The translations under genes were made by a program, and so were the position numbers. This document shows positions 38,586 to 48,961 of a stretch of 64,000 nt of DNA, piece after piece. Location of the stretch: the NCBI GenBank assembly GCA_964349125.1, contig CAYGFH010000001.1:133408-197407 (forward strand). Direction: 5' to 3'. The stretch is from an uncultured Gammaproteobacteria bacterium. GTDB taxonomy: Bacteria; Patescibacteriota; Microgenomatia; UBA10105; UBA927. How positions within the stretch are numbered: the first letter of the stretch is position 1; each line of letters opens with the position of its first letter. The notes below the pieces were generated by a model. The model searched no databases. It was not told the origin of the DNA and saw only the letters and a program-made list of their open reading frames with translations.

Positions 38586-40814
38586 TTACTTATAGGCGAT
38601 TGAAACCTTATTATCTCCCAATTTAAGATAAATTCCCATAAACAAATAATTCACCCTGATTATTGGCGCCTGTTTTCCATCAACAGTTGCTTTCCAGTTT
38701 GGGTTATACATATTCCCAATTACCAAGAGTCTTGGTTGGGTGGTCTTTACGTTGATCGTCATTTTGCCCTGTTCGTAGTGAGTGATTGTTGCTGACTCGC
38801 CTGCCTGCAATCCTGTATTAAGTACATTCACCGGCGTTTCCACGACCGCATCGAATGCATAGTAGAAATCAGGACTGTACAGCGCGTTTATAACTTCCTG
38901 TTCCGTTTTCTTGTATATCACGCGGGAGACCAGATACGCGCGTGGCATCAGAGACATATTCTCGTACACGTGTGTCTGTCCTTCAGTAAGCACTTTTCTA
39001 AACCGCGGATTTGGTATTTCATTAAACGTCAGAATATACTTAACATTCAGTAAATCAAATAATGGCGAAGATGTATTTTTCGGCACTATGATGCGTTCGT
39101 ATCCGTACGGTGGATTTATATTCGGCTCTCCCCGTTCCATGGCTGCAATAAATTTGTCATACCGCAGTGAGTGTATCGGATCATAGCCGTTTATTGATTC
39201 TAGGCCGTAATAGGTATTCGTATCTGGGGGCAGAATCCTGTCATCCAGTGTCATGGTGCGAAACGGTTTTGGCGCACTTTCCATGTATGAGATTACCTTC
39301 GTCCTCGGGAAAAAGAGAGACTGTTCAGTGAACGGCGTAAACTTCCACCCGAACCTGAAAAGATCAAATACAGATAGTGCCATAAACAGTATGACAATAC
39401 CCATATGCAATTGTCTTTTTTTGAAGTACCTATATGCTGCAAACAGCAACGCGGTGCTCACGAAGACCACGGATGGCACGTATAAATTGCGTTTGAGTAC
39501 CTGGGCCTGTTCGATGGTTATACGTATAGCACTATGATCAACAAATGCTACCCAGCACGCCGCCAACAGTGCCCCCACGAGTATAACGGGTGTGTAGTTT
39601 TTTTTGTGTGAAGTCAGTACCGAGGAAACACCATAAGTGGCCAATACACTGAGCGCCAGATTTACTATCACCAAAAGTCTCGTCGGCTGCAGACTGGATA
39701 GAAACGGCAGGTGCAAAACATACGGCAACGCGCTTATCGGTGACTGCACGGCAAATACGAGTGATGCCACAGCAAGCATCCCCCAGAATTTGGTCTGTTT
39801 ACCGATGCCAAGCAGTGCAAATACGAGACCCGCTATCCCCATATACCCCACCATTTCACCGTAGTTCCATGTCCCCCAGTAATTAAGGGTCGCGGGATTT
39901 CCGAAAAAGTCAGGGGCGACAAACTGCACCAGATGCACGAAGGGGATAAAAAATCCCTCTGCATGCCACGCACTCCCTGATGACAGCCTGGCAGTCTGCG
40001 GCAACCACTGCAGTATTGCGAGAAGTTGGTACGAAACGATAGCAACCGCCCCCAAGACAACGGCGGTGAGCCATGTAAGTGCATGCGGTTTTCTGTGGGC
40101 ATTCAAAAGCCACAGGGCATACAACACCACCGTGACTGCACTGTAGAAAAACATCTGGAGATGTCCCGCAAAAAATGAGAATGACAACGCGATTATCCCG
40201 AGACAAAACCACTTCACAGATTTTTTAGTATCATGCAGTATCAGTTCATGTACGGAGGCCAGGGCAAGAGGCGTCCACATCCAAGAGGACAGTAGTGTCC
40301 CCCATGTCAGCCATGCGATGGATGATCCCGAAAACGCGAAAATGATTGATCCAAAGAGAGATGGGATTGCCCCCATGGAGATGATCCGCATAAAGATATA
40401 GAAAAATATTCCTGCAAGAAGCGTTTGGGAAATAATAAGAGCACTCCACGCGAGAGGAAACGGCAAAACAAAAAATAAAATATTCAGCGGGTACAACGCA
40501 CCCGATTGGATGTTAGCAAGAAGAGGCGTCCCCGAAAAGGACGTAGCGTCCCATGTGGGAAGTGTGCCGTTTTTCATGGCATCAATCGTCTGTTTGCGCC
40601 ATGGAATCTGCTGACGGATGGGATCGGTAATCAGAAAATTTTTATACGGTATGCCGTTGGGATACTCGGCTGCCTTCAAATCACGGTAGGGATGATAGAG
40701 CCCCACTAGTGTATCGGAAGGTACGGGAAGCAGTCCCGACACAAGCGTTTTATGGAAAAAAATTCCAACCAGAAGGACAAATACGACTATAGCCAGAACA
40801 TCTGATCGTTTCAT
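38586..40814 (-). CDS. YfhO-family polytopic membrane glycosyltransferase (GT-C). Homolog 2.
   Basis: LYHPYRDLKAAE...IPWRKQTIDAMKNGTLPTWDATSFSGTPLLANIQSGALYPL. Confidence 0.8.
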   Translation of the reverse strand: MKRSDVLAIVVFVLLVGIFFHKTLVSGLLPVPSDTLVGLYHPYRDLKAAEYPNGIPYKNFLITDPIRQQIPWRKQTIDAMKNGTLPTWDATSFSGTPLLANIQSGALYPLNILFFVLPFPLAWSALIISQTLLAGIFFYIFMRIISMGAIPSLFGSIIFAFSGSSIAWLTWGTLLSSWMWTPLALASVHELILHDTKKSVKWFCLGIIALSFSFFAGHLQMFFYSAVTVVLYALWLLNAHRKPHALTWLTAVVLGAVAIVSYQLLAILQWLPQTARLSSGSAWHAEGFFIPFVHLVQFVAPDFFGNPATLNYWGTWNYGEMVGYMGIAGLVFALLGIGKQTKFWGMLAVASLVFAVQSPISALPYVLHLPFLSSLQPTRLLVIVNLALSVLATYGVSSVLTSHKKNYTPVILVGALLAACWVAFVDHSAIRITIEQAQVLKRNLYVPSVVFVSTALLFAAYRYFKKRQLHMGIVILFMALSVFDLFRFGWKFTPFTEQSLFFPRTKVISYMESAPKPFRTMTLDDRILPPDTNTYYGLESINGYDPIHSLRYDKFIAAMERGEPNINPPYGYERIIVPKNTSSPLFDLLNVKYILTFNEIPNPRFRKVLTEGQTHVYENMSLMPRAYLVSRVIYKKTEQEVINALYSPDFYYAFDAVVETPVNVLNTGLQAGESATITHYEQGKMTINVKTTQPRLLVIGNMYNPNWKATVDGKQAPIIRVNYLFMGIYLKLGDNKVSIAYK

Positions 40815-41875
40815 ATACGAGGTTCTCCCGTGACTGTTGTAATCAGTGTATCAATTTTTCCGTTAAACACCGGCATGGAAAACCTGACAGCAGAGGATAT
40901 CGCGCTGCCGGAAAGTTTGGTGGACAGTTGCGGATCTGCCAATACATCGGCGGTCTTTGACACCAATTCATCAATATTTTTCCACAGATAACCGTTTTGG
41001 CCTTCCGTGACGATCTCCGGCAATCCGCCGCCGTCAAATACCACCGGCACGGCTCCTGCGCTCATAGCCTCCACGGGGGCGATGCCAAAATGCTCCATAT
41101 TCTCCGGCCTGGTTTCACCGTATCCGGCGGCATGCCAGTACACTGATGCCTGCTCATAGAGCGGTATAAGTGTTTCGTACGGACAATTTGGATAAAACGT
41201 GACAGGCAGTCCCGTGGCTCTCTGGCGGAGTTTGACAAGCGCATCATCATCACTGTGTAACACCCCACCTGCGAGTGCAAGCTGGTATCCGCTGTACCGC
41301 TTGATACGAAGCAGCCGCTCAAATGCGGATATCAGTACATCAAATTTCTTCGCATTATAGAGGCCGCCAAACCGGCCGACAGAAAGAATCAGTTTTAATT
41401 TCCCGACGACCGATCCCTGTATCGGATTTACAGGTGGATACACCACCTGTCCCGGTATACTATGGAGCACGGGATCTACATTTGCCTTGGTGAATTCTGA
41501 ATTATATACCACGGCGTTAATGCGCCATTTTTTCCAGAATGGCAATTCCATATGCGAAAATGGAACCTGCATATGGAGTATGTTGTGTTTTGCGAAGCTT
41601 ACAGGGATACTCCCGTCCGTTAAAAAAAATATCAGATCATACTGGCGACTCACCTGCAGTTTTTGAAATATAGATCCCCGCGCAAATACGTTGGGAACAA
41701 CAGAAACCGCAGGTAATTCCAGCTTGAACCGCTCCTGGGCTTTGTGCACTATATCCGGGTTATCCCAAAACACGTCCACAGAGTGGAGAACAGACAGATG
41801 AGAAGCGATCGCCAACATGTAGCGCTCTCCCCCGCCAAGCGAATCCAGATACGGACTAACGATGCCGATTTTCAT
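40811..41875 (-). CDS. Family 4 glycosyltransferase (GT-B).
   Basis: Start at MKIGIVSPYLDSLGGGERYML. C-terminal ENMEHFGIAPVEAMSAGAVPVVFDGGG. The first 20 nt overlap the end of the upstream YfhO gene. Confidence 0.8.
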   Translation of the reverse strand: MKIGIVSPYLDSLGGGERYMLAIASHLSVLHSVDVFWDNPDIVHKAQERFKLELPAVSVVPNVFARGSIFQKLQVSRQYDLIFFLTDGSIPVSFAKHNILHMQVPFSHMELPFWKKWRINAVVYNSEFTKANVDPVLHSIPGQVVYPPVNPIQGSVVGKLKLILSVGRFGGLYNAKKFDVLISAFERLLRIKRYSGYQLALAGGVLHSDDDALVKLRQRATGLPVTFYPNCPYETLIPLYEQASVYWHAAGYGETRPENMEHFGIAPVEAMSAGAVPVVFDGGGLPEIVTEGQNGYLWKNIDELVSKTADVLADPQLSTKLSGSAISSAVRFSMPVFNGKIDTLITTVTGEPRI

Positions 41876-44189
41876 AGAAAAATTTTGAGACTGTAACCAG
41901 TATAAGCGAAACCACCGCTCCCATGGCAATCCAAATTCCGAGTAAATACCCACCCGGTTTATAGGAAAATACCACTGTATGATCGCCTGCCGGGACTGCC
42001 ACAGCCCGGAAATCATAGTTTGCCCGCATCACAGGAAGCGGTTTTTTCCCATCGAGCATTGCTATCCATCCTGTATCATACACATCCGACAAAAACAGCA
42101 GTTTCGGGGTCTGAGAGCTGGTCTGTATTTCCACTCGGTTGGGTTTGTATGAACTGATTGTTGCTGAGCCGCTGCCCTCTTGTGGCATTTCTGAGGGTTC
42201 GCTCTCCAAAATAACAGTGTTTCGTAGATCCACAGCGCCTGAGTACAGTGTTTGTAGTATCTCTGCATCCGAAGATTTCACCACGTAGTTTCCCGCCAAA
42301 AAAGCCCGAGGGTAACTATCCGTATACTCATAGATCCAGTAGTCATCATCCGCGTACACCTGTTTCATCGTTCCGGCCTCTTCATACTCCCAGTACGGAA
42401 ATGCCCAAATCGCACGCATGTCACTTTTCCTGTGGTAGATATACCGCACACCCAAGAGCTTCAATAGTGTATCGCGGTGTACCCCGTGCTTATCAAATTG
42501 CACGACAGAGCGTTCAGGAGGGTTGGGATTCCCTTTAGATGCAGCCTGAATTAGCTCTCCATACCGCTTCTGATACATGGCATCATACCCCTCTACCAGC
42601 TGCAGTCCAAATGTGGTTGCCACTTCATTACCGATGTTTCCGAATACCCTGTTTTCCCCCGCATATTTTTGTAGAAACCCGAGCGAGGATACGGAGGGAT
42701 ACATAAATTTCCTGTCCTCAAACGGCATCCATTTAGAGGCAAATCTGTGCAAATCAAACAGAGAAAGAAGTAAAAGTATACATATGGCAAAGCCTCTGAT
42801 GAGATCGGATTTAACCAGTCCCACAAAAAGTAGAACAACTGTGACTCCTGCTATTCCCGTGGGCAGATACATATTCCGTTTTGCTATAGCAATCTTTTCG
42901 GCATCAAATGGCCTAATGAGGAACAACACAGCCCAAACAGCAGCAATCAAAACGAGTACCCCAGCGGAAAACGAAACCAATGATTTACTGTCAGCTTTTT
43001 TCCATACGTGGAGCAATTTGGAAAATCCGACAGCAGACAGGTACGCCAGTGAAAAACTGGTAAGTATCAGTATCCGTGACGCCGCACTTGTGGAAATTGC
43101 CGGAAGCCTGAGGAAAAACAGCAAATCACTCAGCGGAGACTGATACGCAAGCAGTAGTGTTGAGACTGCCACTCCCGCGAAAAACAGTTGCCGTTTCGTT
43201 TTTTTGCAGACAAAAGAAAATATCGCAAGAAGAAGTGGGATCACACCAATATATGATGCCCATTCGGCATAGTGTCCGAACCAGTCATTTCGTGTCACTG
43301 GATTTCCGTAAAAATCAGGGGAAAGGATAGTAATTATGTATTGCCACGGAATCACCTCACCTTTTATAAAGCTTGCGCTTCTCACGGATTCTGTGTACGC
43401 ATGAAATGTTAACAACAGCTGGGGTGCAGCAAAACCCAGAGCAAATGCTGTGTGAAACAGCAGAAATATTCCGCGAGCTATCCTTTTATGCCAATACGAG
43501 AGTGCAATGATATACAGGACACTTATCGACAATACGTACAGGCTTATCTGAAAATGTCCCGACATAAACGAAAACGCGAGCATAATCGCATAGAGCGAAG
43601 GGGCAAATTGCAGTTTCTTCGTAATATACGATGATATGAAAAATAACGACCATGGCAGCATTGCTGATGCCCATGAGAGCGTACCGTACGCCATCCAACC
43701 GACCATAAACCCGCAAAACATAAACGCCACGGATCCTATGAATGCGCCTATCCGTCCTGAGATTTTCTGCTCACTCAAAAACAGGTACATACCGATTCCT
43801 GCAACAAGAGGCTGGAGCAAAATCAGGAGGCTCCACGCATCGATAAACGGAAATATGAAAAATAGAAAAGTAAGCGGGGAAAAAATCGCTGTCTGGTAAT
43901 TGGCGGCATGGCCTGTGCCTGCAAAACTGTATGGATTCCAAAGCGGAGCTTCGGCGGATTTCCATGTATCCACCGTCAGCTTCTTCCACGGGTAGATCTG
44001 CGAAATAGTATCGGGCATTGCATTATTTTTTACCGCAGTGCCATACGTCGCATTCCACGGAGGAAATGAGGTCACCAGATACGTGGAGGGAAACGGTACC
44101 AGACCCTTTATAAAATACGGCGAAGAAAAAACAAACCAGAGTAACAGAATTCCCACAATCGGCCAAAATTTTAGAAGCTCCCTTTTCAT
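41856..44189 (-). CDS. YfhO-family polytopic membrane glycosyltransferase (GT-C). Homolog 3.
   Basis: ISQIYPWKKLTVDTWKSAEAPLWNPYSFAGTGHAANYQTAIFSPL. Confidence 0.8.
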   Translation of the reverse strand: MKRELLKFWPIVGILLLWFVFSSPYFIKGLVPFPSTYLVTSFPPWNATYGTAVKNNAMPDTISQIYPWKKLTVDTWKSAEAPLWNPYSFAGTGHAANYQTAIFSPLTFLFFIFPFIDAWSLLILLQPLVAGIGMYLFLSEQKISGRIGAFIGSVAFMFCGFMVGWMAYGTLSWASAMLPWSLFFISSYITKKLQFAPSLYAIMLAFSFMSGHFQISLYVLSISVLYIIALSYWHKRIARGIFLLFHTAFALGFAAPQLLLTFHAYTESVRSASFIKGEVIPWQYIITILSPDFYGNPVTRNDWFGHYAEWASYIGVIPLLLAIFSFVCKKTKRQLFFAGVAVSTLLLAYQSPLSDLLFFLRLPAISTSAASRILILTSFSLAYLSAVGFSKLLHVWKKADSKSLVSFSAGVLVLIAAVWAVLFLIRPFDAEKIAIAKRNMYLPTGIAGVTVVLLFVGLVKSDLIRGFAICILLLLSLFDLHRFASKWMPFEDRKFMYPSVSSLGFLQKYAGENRVFGNIGNEVATTFGLQLVEGYDAMYQKRYGELIQAASKGNPNPPERSVVQFDKHGVHRDTLLKLLGVRYIYHRKSDMRAIWAFPYWEYEEAGTMKQVYADDDYWIYEYTDSYPRAFLAGNYVVKSSDAEILQTLYSGAVDLRNTVILESEPSEMPQEGSGSATISSYKPNRVEIQTSSQTPKLLFLSDVYDTGWIAMLDGKKPLPVMRANYDFRAVAVPAGDHTVVFSYKPGGYLLGIWIAMGAVVSLILVTVSKFFYENRHR

Positions 44190-44200
44190 AATTCGTAAAT

Positions 44201-44968
44201 CTATATTTGCTTATTACTACTCTCCCCCTGCTGTAATTCCCAAAGCTTGGCATAGGTGGTAAACATGCTAAATGACTGGAAGATGCTTTCAATCAGACCG
44301 ACCGTTCCCATTTTCCAACCGCCTTCCCGTACATACGAGGAAAAAAATCCGGTGGCCATGACCCGCAACAATCTCCACTCCACAATCCTCGGGTGGTGAG
44401 CGTCAAAACGTAATTTTGCTTCAATTTCTGACCATTCGTTCGTTTTCTCCGTCATCTCATGGAGAGATCGGTGAGTATCGTGCACGAGATGATTGTACAG
44501 CACTCCGGTTTCTCCTTCTATGTGGGCATGCTCGTGTATATCTCCGGTCCAGCGAATCAGCGATTCCCGGTGGATCAGACGGACCATCCCGTCGTGTGTC
44601 GGCCAGAGATATCCCAAATAATAATTGTCACGAAGTATCCGGTAGCCTTTTACGGACGATTCTCCCGCTGTCACTTCGGAAATTTCAGACGCCAATTTTG
44701 TGCTGACAAATTCATCGGCATCTATATACAGCAGCCAGTCTGCATTTGAAGATTTGGCACCGAGGTTTCGCAGTTCTGCAAATTTTTTTGTATCGGATTT
44801 GAGCACACGTGCGCCCGCTTTTCTGGCGACTTGGGCTGTCCTGTCCGTTGAACCGTTATCTACCACGAATATTTTTCGGGCAAATGAAAGCCGATTTATG
44901 CAGGTCGCCAGCCGAGGAGACTCGTTTTTGGCAATAATGATGGCATCAATTGATTTTTTTTGGTTCAT
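44201..44968 (-). CDS. Family 2 glycosyltransferase.
   Basis: IDAIIIAKNESPRL...VVDNGSTDRT...LYIDADE. Start uncertain (44968 or 45010). Confidence 0.75.
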   Translation of the reverse strand: MNQKKSIDAIIIAKNESPRLATCINRLSFARKIFVVDNGSTDRTAQVARKAGARVLKSDTKKFAELRNLGAKSSNADWLLYIDADEFVSTKLASEISEVTAGESSVKGYRILRDNYYLGYLWPTHDGMVRLIHRESLIRWTGDIHEHAHIEGETGVLYNHLVHDTHRSLHEMTEKTNEWSEIEAKLRFDAHHPRIVEWRLLRVMATGFFSSYVREGGWKMGTVGLIESIFQSFSMFTTYAKLWELQQGESSNKQI

Positions 44969-45866
44969 ACTGCTTACCGAATTTACCGAAAAGTGCGTCC
45001 GCGACCGCACGTCTTCTCACCGGCGATTGTCCAAAGAAAAATCTGACTGCCTCCCTGACAAGGGCAAATTTTGTCCGCAACGAGGCATACCTGAATCCCA
45101 ACAGCAGCCGGTTTCTGGTGAAGTAGTACTCATGAAGTGGATTTCCCGGTTTACCGGAAGATCCCGCATTCACATGCCACACTATTGAACTTGGCACATA
45201 CATGGTTTTATATCCGGCACGCTGAATACGGAGGCTCCAATCCAGATCTTCCAGATATAAATAGTACGCATCATCAAGTTTTCCGACTGATCTGACTAAG
45301 TCAGATCTGACGATAAACGAGCAGCCGGTTATAAACGGTGTCTCACAGGACTCATCAAACTGACCGTGGTCCACCTCATCGACGCCTCGGTGAGATGCAT
45401 AAATATTGTCCCAATCCATAAGCCCGCCTGCGTACCATATGACCTTGCCGCGTTCACTGTGCGTATACCGATCGGCATGGTATTCATGACCCGGGGCAAA
45501 GTAAATTTTACTTCCGCAGGCCCCGACTGCCGTATCCTTAAACGCTCCCACAAATGAGAGGACATTTTTGTCCACGAGCGTATCGTTATTGAGCATCCAG
45601 ATATAATCCGCGTTCTGTCTGAGGGCATAGTCCATCCCTACATTATTGCCGCCGGTGAATCCCAGATTTTTCCCTGTTTCAATCACATGAACACCGGGGA
45701 ATTTCTTTTTGATCTGAATAACGGAATCATTTGTGGAACCGTTATCCACTACCACGACTGTTAATTTTGCGAACGATTCATTCACCTGTTTGAGCGACTC
45801 CAGACAGACAAGCGTATCGGCGACTCCGTTCCAATTGACGATGATTGCGTAGACAGATTGTTTCAT
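44946..45866 (-). CDS. Family 2 glycosyltransferase.
   Basis: VYAIIVNWNGVADT...VVVDNGSTNDS...MLNNDT. Confidence 0.8.
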   Translation of the reverse strand: MKQSVYAIIVNWNGVADTLVCLESLKQVNESFAKLTVVVVDNGSTNDSVIQIKKKFPGVHVIETGKNLGFTGGNNVGMDYALRQNADYIWMLNNDTLVDKNVLSFVGAFKDTAVGACGSKIYFAPGHEYHADRYTHSERGKVIWYAGGLMDWDNIYASHRGVDEVDHGQFDESCETPFITGCSFIVRSDLVRSVGKLDDAYYLYLEDLDWSLRIQRAGYKTMYVPSSIVWHVNAGSSGKPGNPLHEYYFTRNRLLLGFRYASLRTKFALVREAVRFFFGQSPVRRRAVADALFGKFGKQYEPKKIN

Positions 45867-45871
45867 ACCTG

Positions 45872-46774
45872 TTATCTGATAAGCTTACGAAGAACACGCT
45901 TATTTAGTTTCCCGACGACGCTCTTTGATTCATCGATTCCCATAGACAGCTGCCAATAGCGCATTTCTTTTGCATTATGTTTTAATTCGGCTGCAATCTC
46001 ATCAGCCGATATGTCACGGTGTGTAAACCCGTTCATTTCCCAATATTTAGCAAATACTGCAAATGAATAAAATGCCTGAAAAAGAGCAAGGACCAGTCCG
46101 TGCAGTCCGTCTCTGTACCCGTGCTGTGCAAAATATATTTTCAAAAAATCAGAGACAGGAAACCTGATGGCATCAAACCAGGACAGTACGTACTGCGCCT
46201 CTTTCAGAGCTATCGCTTCGCTCGTCGATGCCCGGTCAATTTTTGTCAGATACTGGTGTATCGACTCATAATTATAGTGATCATACGGGGTCTTCAGGGT
46301 AGATACTCCGCCATCCACCGCTATGTATTCATGTATGTGTGCGCAGGGAAATGCCCCTTTGCCCGTTCGGAACAGGCGCAGTTGCTTATCAGGCCACCAT
46401 AACCCGTGCTGTATCCATTTGCCGAATGAAAAGTTTTTCCGTGCTATCCAGTACCCGTTTTCTGTTGGGTTCGATTCGATTGTGGTGACTATTTCCTTGG
46501 CAAGTTCAGGTGGAACAACCTCATCGGCATCCAGATTTAGAATCCAATCCCCCGTCGCCTTGGAAAACCCGAAGTTCTTGTTGGTGTTTAACATCAGCAG
46601 GTTTTTCCGCCTGTATACATTTTTGGTAAATTTCCTCGCAACATTCGCCGTATCGTCCAGTGATTCATTGTCAACCACAATCACTTCATCGGCAAACTCC
46701 ACAGACTCCAGGCATCTGCCGATTGTTCCCTCTTCGTTGTACGCGGATATAACCACAGACAGTTTCTGTTTCAT
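45872..46774 (-). CDS. Family 2 glycosyltransferase.
   Basis: LSVVISAYNEEGTI...VVDNESLDDT...LNLDADE. Confidence 0.8.
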   Translation of the reverse strand: MKQKLSVVISAYNEEGTIGRCLESVEFADEVIVVDNESLDDTANVARKFTKNVYRRKNLLMLNTNKNFGFSKATGDWILNLDADEVVPPELAKEIVTTIESNPTENGYWIARKNFSFGKWIQHGLWWPDKQLRLFRTGKGAFPCAHIHEYIAVDGGVSTLKTPYDHYNYESIHQYLTKIDRASTSEAIALKEAQYVLSWFDAIRFPVSDFLKIYFAQHGYRDGLHGLVLALFQAFYSFAVFAKYWEMNGFTHRDISADEIAAELKHNAKEMRYWQLSMGIDESKSVVGKLNKRVLRKLIR

Positions 46775-46776
46775 AA

Positions 46777-48240
46777 TCAGTGCCTCGCGACATTAACAAT
46801 TCCGGCTATTCTTTTCTTCTCAAAGTACCATACTATCGCTCCATATAGTATAACACCGAATATGGCCACCGAGGCCAGTTGGGTCGTATTATACGGCGCG
46901 GAACCCCTTGCCAGCTGATACCATGCTATCTGGACAAACGCAGCGACAAACGGCCATTTTACCTGGGACAAAAACGAGAAGTGGGCAATTTCCTTTGCCA
47001 TGCGAATCACAACAACGATGGCGAGGGACAACACGAGAAGCGTAATGGCAAACCCGTTAAACCCAAAAAGCGGGATAAATATCAGAGTCAGTATCCAAGT
47101 GCCCGCGGTCCAAAAGATCATGAGGAACATTGTTAATTTTATTTTCCCAACTGCATTGAGCGCATTGGTAAGGGGCGTAGAGAAGCCCGCAATAAGCGCG
47201 GAAATAACGAATATGTAAAATGACAACAGAGCGGGCTCCCATTTACCGTACTTTGGAATCAGTCTGACAGCAGGCTCCACAAAATACAGAAGTCCTACCG
47301 AAATCGGCAACATAGCCACTGACAGGCCGAATATCGTTTTTTCTATCGCATTACCCAGATGCTCCTTGGAATGCTGCAATCTGGAAAATGCAGGGAACGT
47401 GACGCGGATCACACTATCCATGATGAGGCGGATAGGCACCTCCGCCCATTTTTTTGCCCAGCCGATATATCCGATCTGTTCAAATGTCAGAATTTTCCCG
47501 AGAAACACTGTCATTAAATCATCCTTCACGAGAGCCAGCAGCGAATTCATCTGAAACGGTATGCCAAATTTCAATAACTTTTGGGCGACGGGTTTGGAAA
47601 TTCCAAACCTGATTTTCCAGGGGGAAATGATGTACATGAGGACAAACCCGACAACTGCCCGCGTCATGACAGCCCATGTGAAACTCGTTAACCCGTACCC
47701 TTTCCATGCCATAATGACGGCGACCGCATAAAACCCTATTGTTTCGGCAATTTGCGGTATGACCAGTTTGTTAAATTGCAGTTCCCGCTCAAGCAGTACG
47801 GATGGAATGGTCTTGAGCGAGGATATAAAAAATGAAAACACTAACGCCTGAAACAGCGCCACACCTGACTGATCGAGCGAGTAAAAAGCGGCGATGTATG
47901 TGGAAGATAAAAACGCTATAAGACTGACCGGGAATACCAATGCCTGTTGTATGGTAAATGTGGTTACCAAATCCTCGTCGGTAAGTTTTTCCTTCTTTTG
48001 AATCAGTGCGGCGGCCAGTCCGACGTCAGAGAAGTATGATAGAAACGATATTATTGCGGATACCACATAAAACACGCCAAACACCGAAGGGCTTAAAAAG
48101 ATGGTCAGCAGGAATGTGGATCCAAATGCGACGAGTTGCAGTAAAAATGTTCTGGAAGTCAGTGCTATAATTCCGATCAGTGATCGTTTTTTTATGGACT
48201 GTATATCTGTTTCTTCCATAGATACCTCAGAGTGTCGCAC
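46777..48240 (-). CDS. Wzx-like oligosaccharide flippase (MOP/PST superfamily). Second copy.
   Basis: 487 aa with about 12 or more TM helices. The N-terminus (SLIGIIALTSRTFLLQLVAFGSTFLLTIFLSPSVFGVFYV...AALIQ) is typical of the polysaccharide biosynthesis protein family. The start may be 48219. Confidence 0.75.
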   Translation of the reverse strand: MRHSEVSMEETDIQSIKKRSLIGIIALTSRTFLLQLVAFGSTFLLTIFLSPSVFGVFYVVSAIISFLSYFSDVGLAAALIQKKEKLTDEDLVTTFTIQQALVFPVSLIAFLSSTYIAAFYSLDQSGVALFQALVFSFFISSLKTIPSVLLERELQFNKLVIPQIAETIGFYAVAVIMAWKGYGLTSFTWAVMTRAVVGFVLMYIISPWKIRFGISKPVAQKLLKFGIPFQMNSLLALVKDDLMTVFLGKILTFEQIGYIGWAKKWAEVPIRLIMDSVIRVTFPAFSRLQHSKEHLGNAIEKTIFGLSVAMLPISVGLLYFVEPAVRLIPKYGKWEPALLSFYIFVISALIAGFSTPLTNALNAVGKIKLTMFLMIFWTAGTWILTLIFIPLFGFNGFAITLLVLSLAIVVVIRMAKEIAHFSFLSQVKWPFVAAFVQIAWYQLARGSAPYNTTQLASVAIFGVILYGAIVWYFEKKRIAGIVNVARH

Positions 48241-48961
48241 GCTTCCATGGCCGCTGCCAGAATAACCTCAGTAATCCCTCAATATCCCCCTGTGCAGTTT
48301 TTACAACCCGCACAGTTGAACCGGGATTATCTATCCATGTGACGTGTTCCTCGTATATCCGGAACCCCAGTTTTTCAGCAATGATTAACAGTTCACTGTC
48401 AAAGAACCATTCATCATCCTTCACAAGCGGCAGTATTTTTTTTGCGGCATCATCGCGAATCGCTTTAAATCCGCACTGGGCATCGGAAAACTGTACCCAA
48501 AAAATACTCTTGATCATCAGTATGTACGCTTTTGACGTTATGGTGCGAAGTAAGCTTCTCCCGTAGACTCGGGATCCCTGGGAATTTCGTGAACCGATCG
48601 CGATGTCATATCCGCGGATAAGGGAACGTACAAGTCCGGGAAGGTGTTTCAAGTCCGTGGACAAATCTATATCCATATAGCAGTGGATATCCGCCGGTGT
48701 TTGTAACCATGCCGCCTTTACCGCACGTCCGCGTCCTTTTTGTTTCAGGTGTAGTACGGATACTTCCTTATATTTTTTTGAAAGCTTTTGCGCAGCTTTC
48801 AATGTGCCATCCGTCGATGCGTTATCAGCGATGGTGATGCCCCAGGAAAAATCCGTAAGATCACTCTTGAGAAAACGGATCAGCGTTTCTGTATGATCTG
48901 CCAATTCTTCCTCTTCGTTATACACCGGAAGAACGATATTAAGTTTTGTTTTTTTGTCCAT
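48227..48961 (-). CDS. Family 2 glycosyltransferase. Likely a polyprenol-phosphate sugar synthase (DPM1/GtrB-like).
   Basis: LNIVLPVYNEEEEL...ITIADNASTDGT...MDIDLSTD. 244 aa. Confidence 0.8.
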   Translation of the reverse strand: MDKKTKLNIVLPVYNEEEELADHTETLIRFLKSDLTDFSWGITIADNASTDGTLKAAQKLSKKYKEVSVLHLKQKGRGRAVKAAWLQTPADIHCYMDIDLSTDLKHLPGLVRSLIRGYDIAIGSRNSQGSRVYGRSLLRTITSKAYILMIKSIFWVQFSDAQCGFKAIRDDAAKKILPLVKDDEWFFDSELLIIAEKLGFRIYEEHVTWIDNPGSTVRVVKTAQGDIEGLLRLFWQRPWKRATL

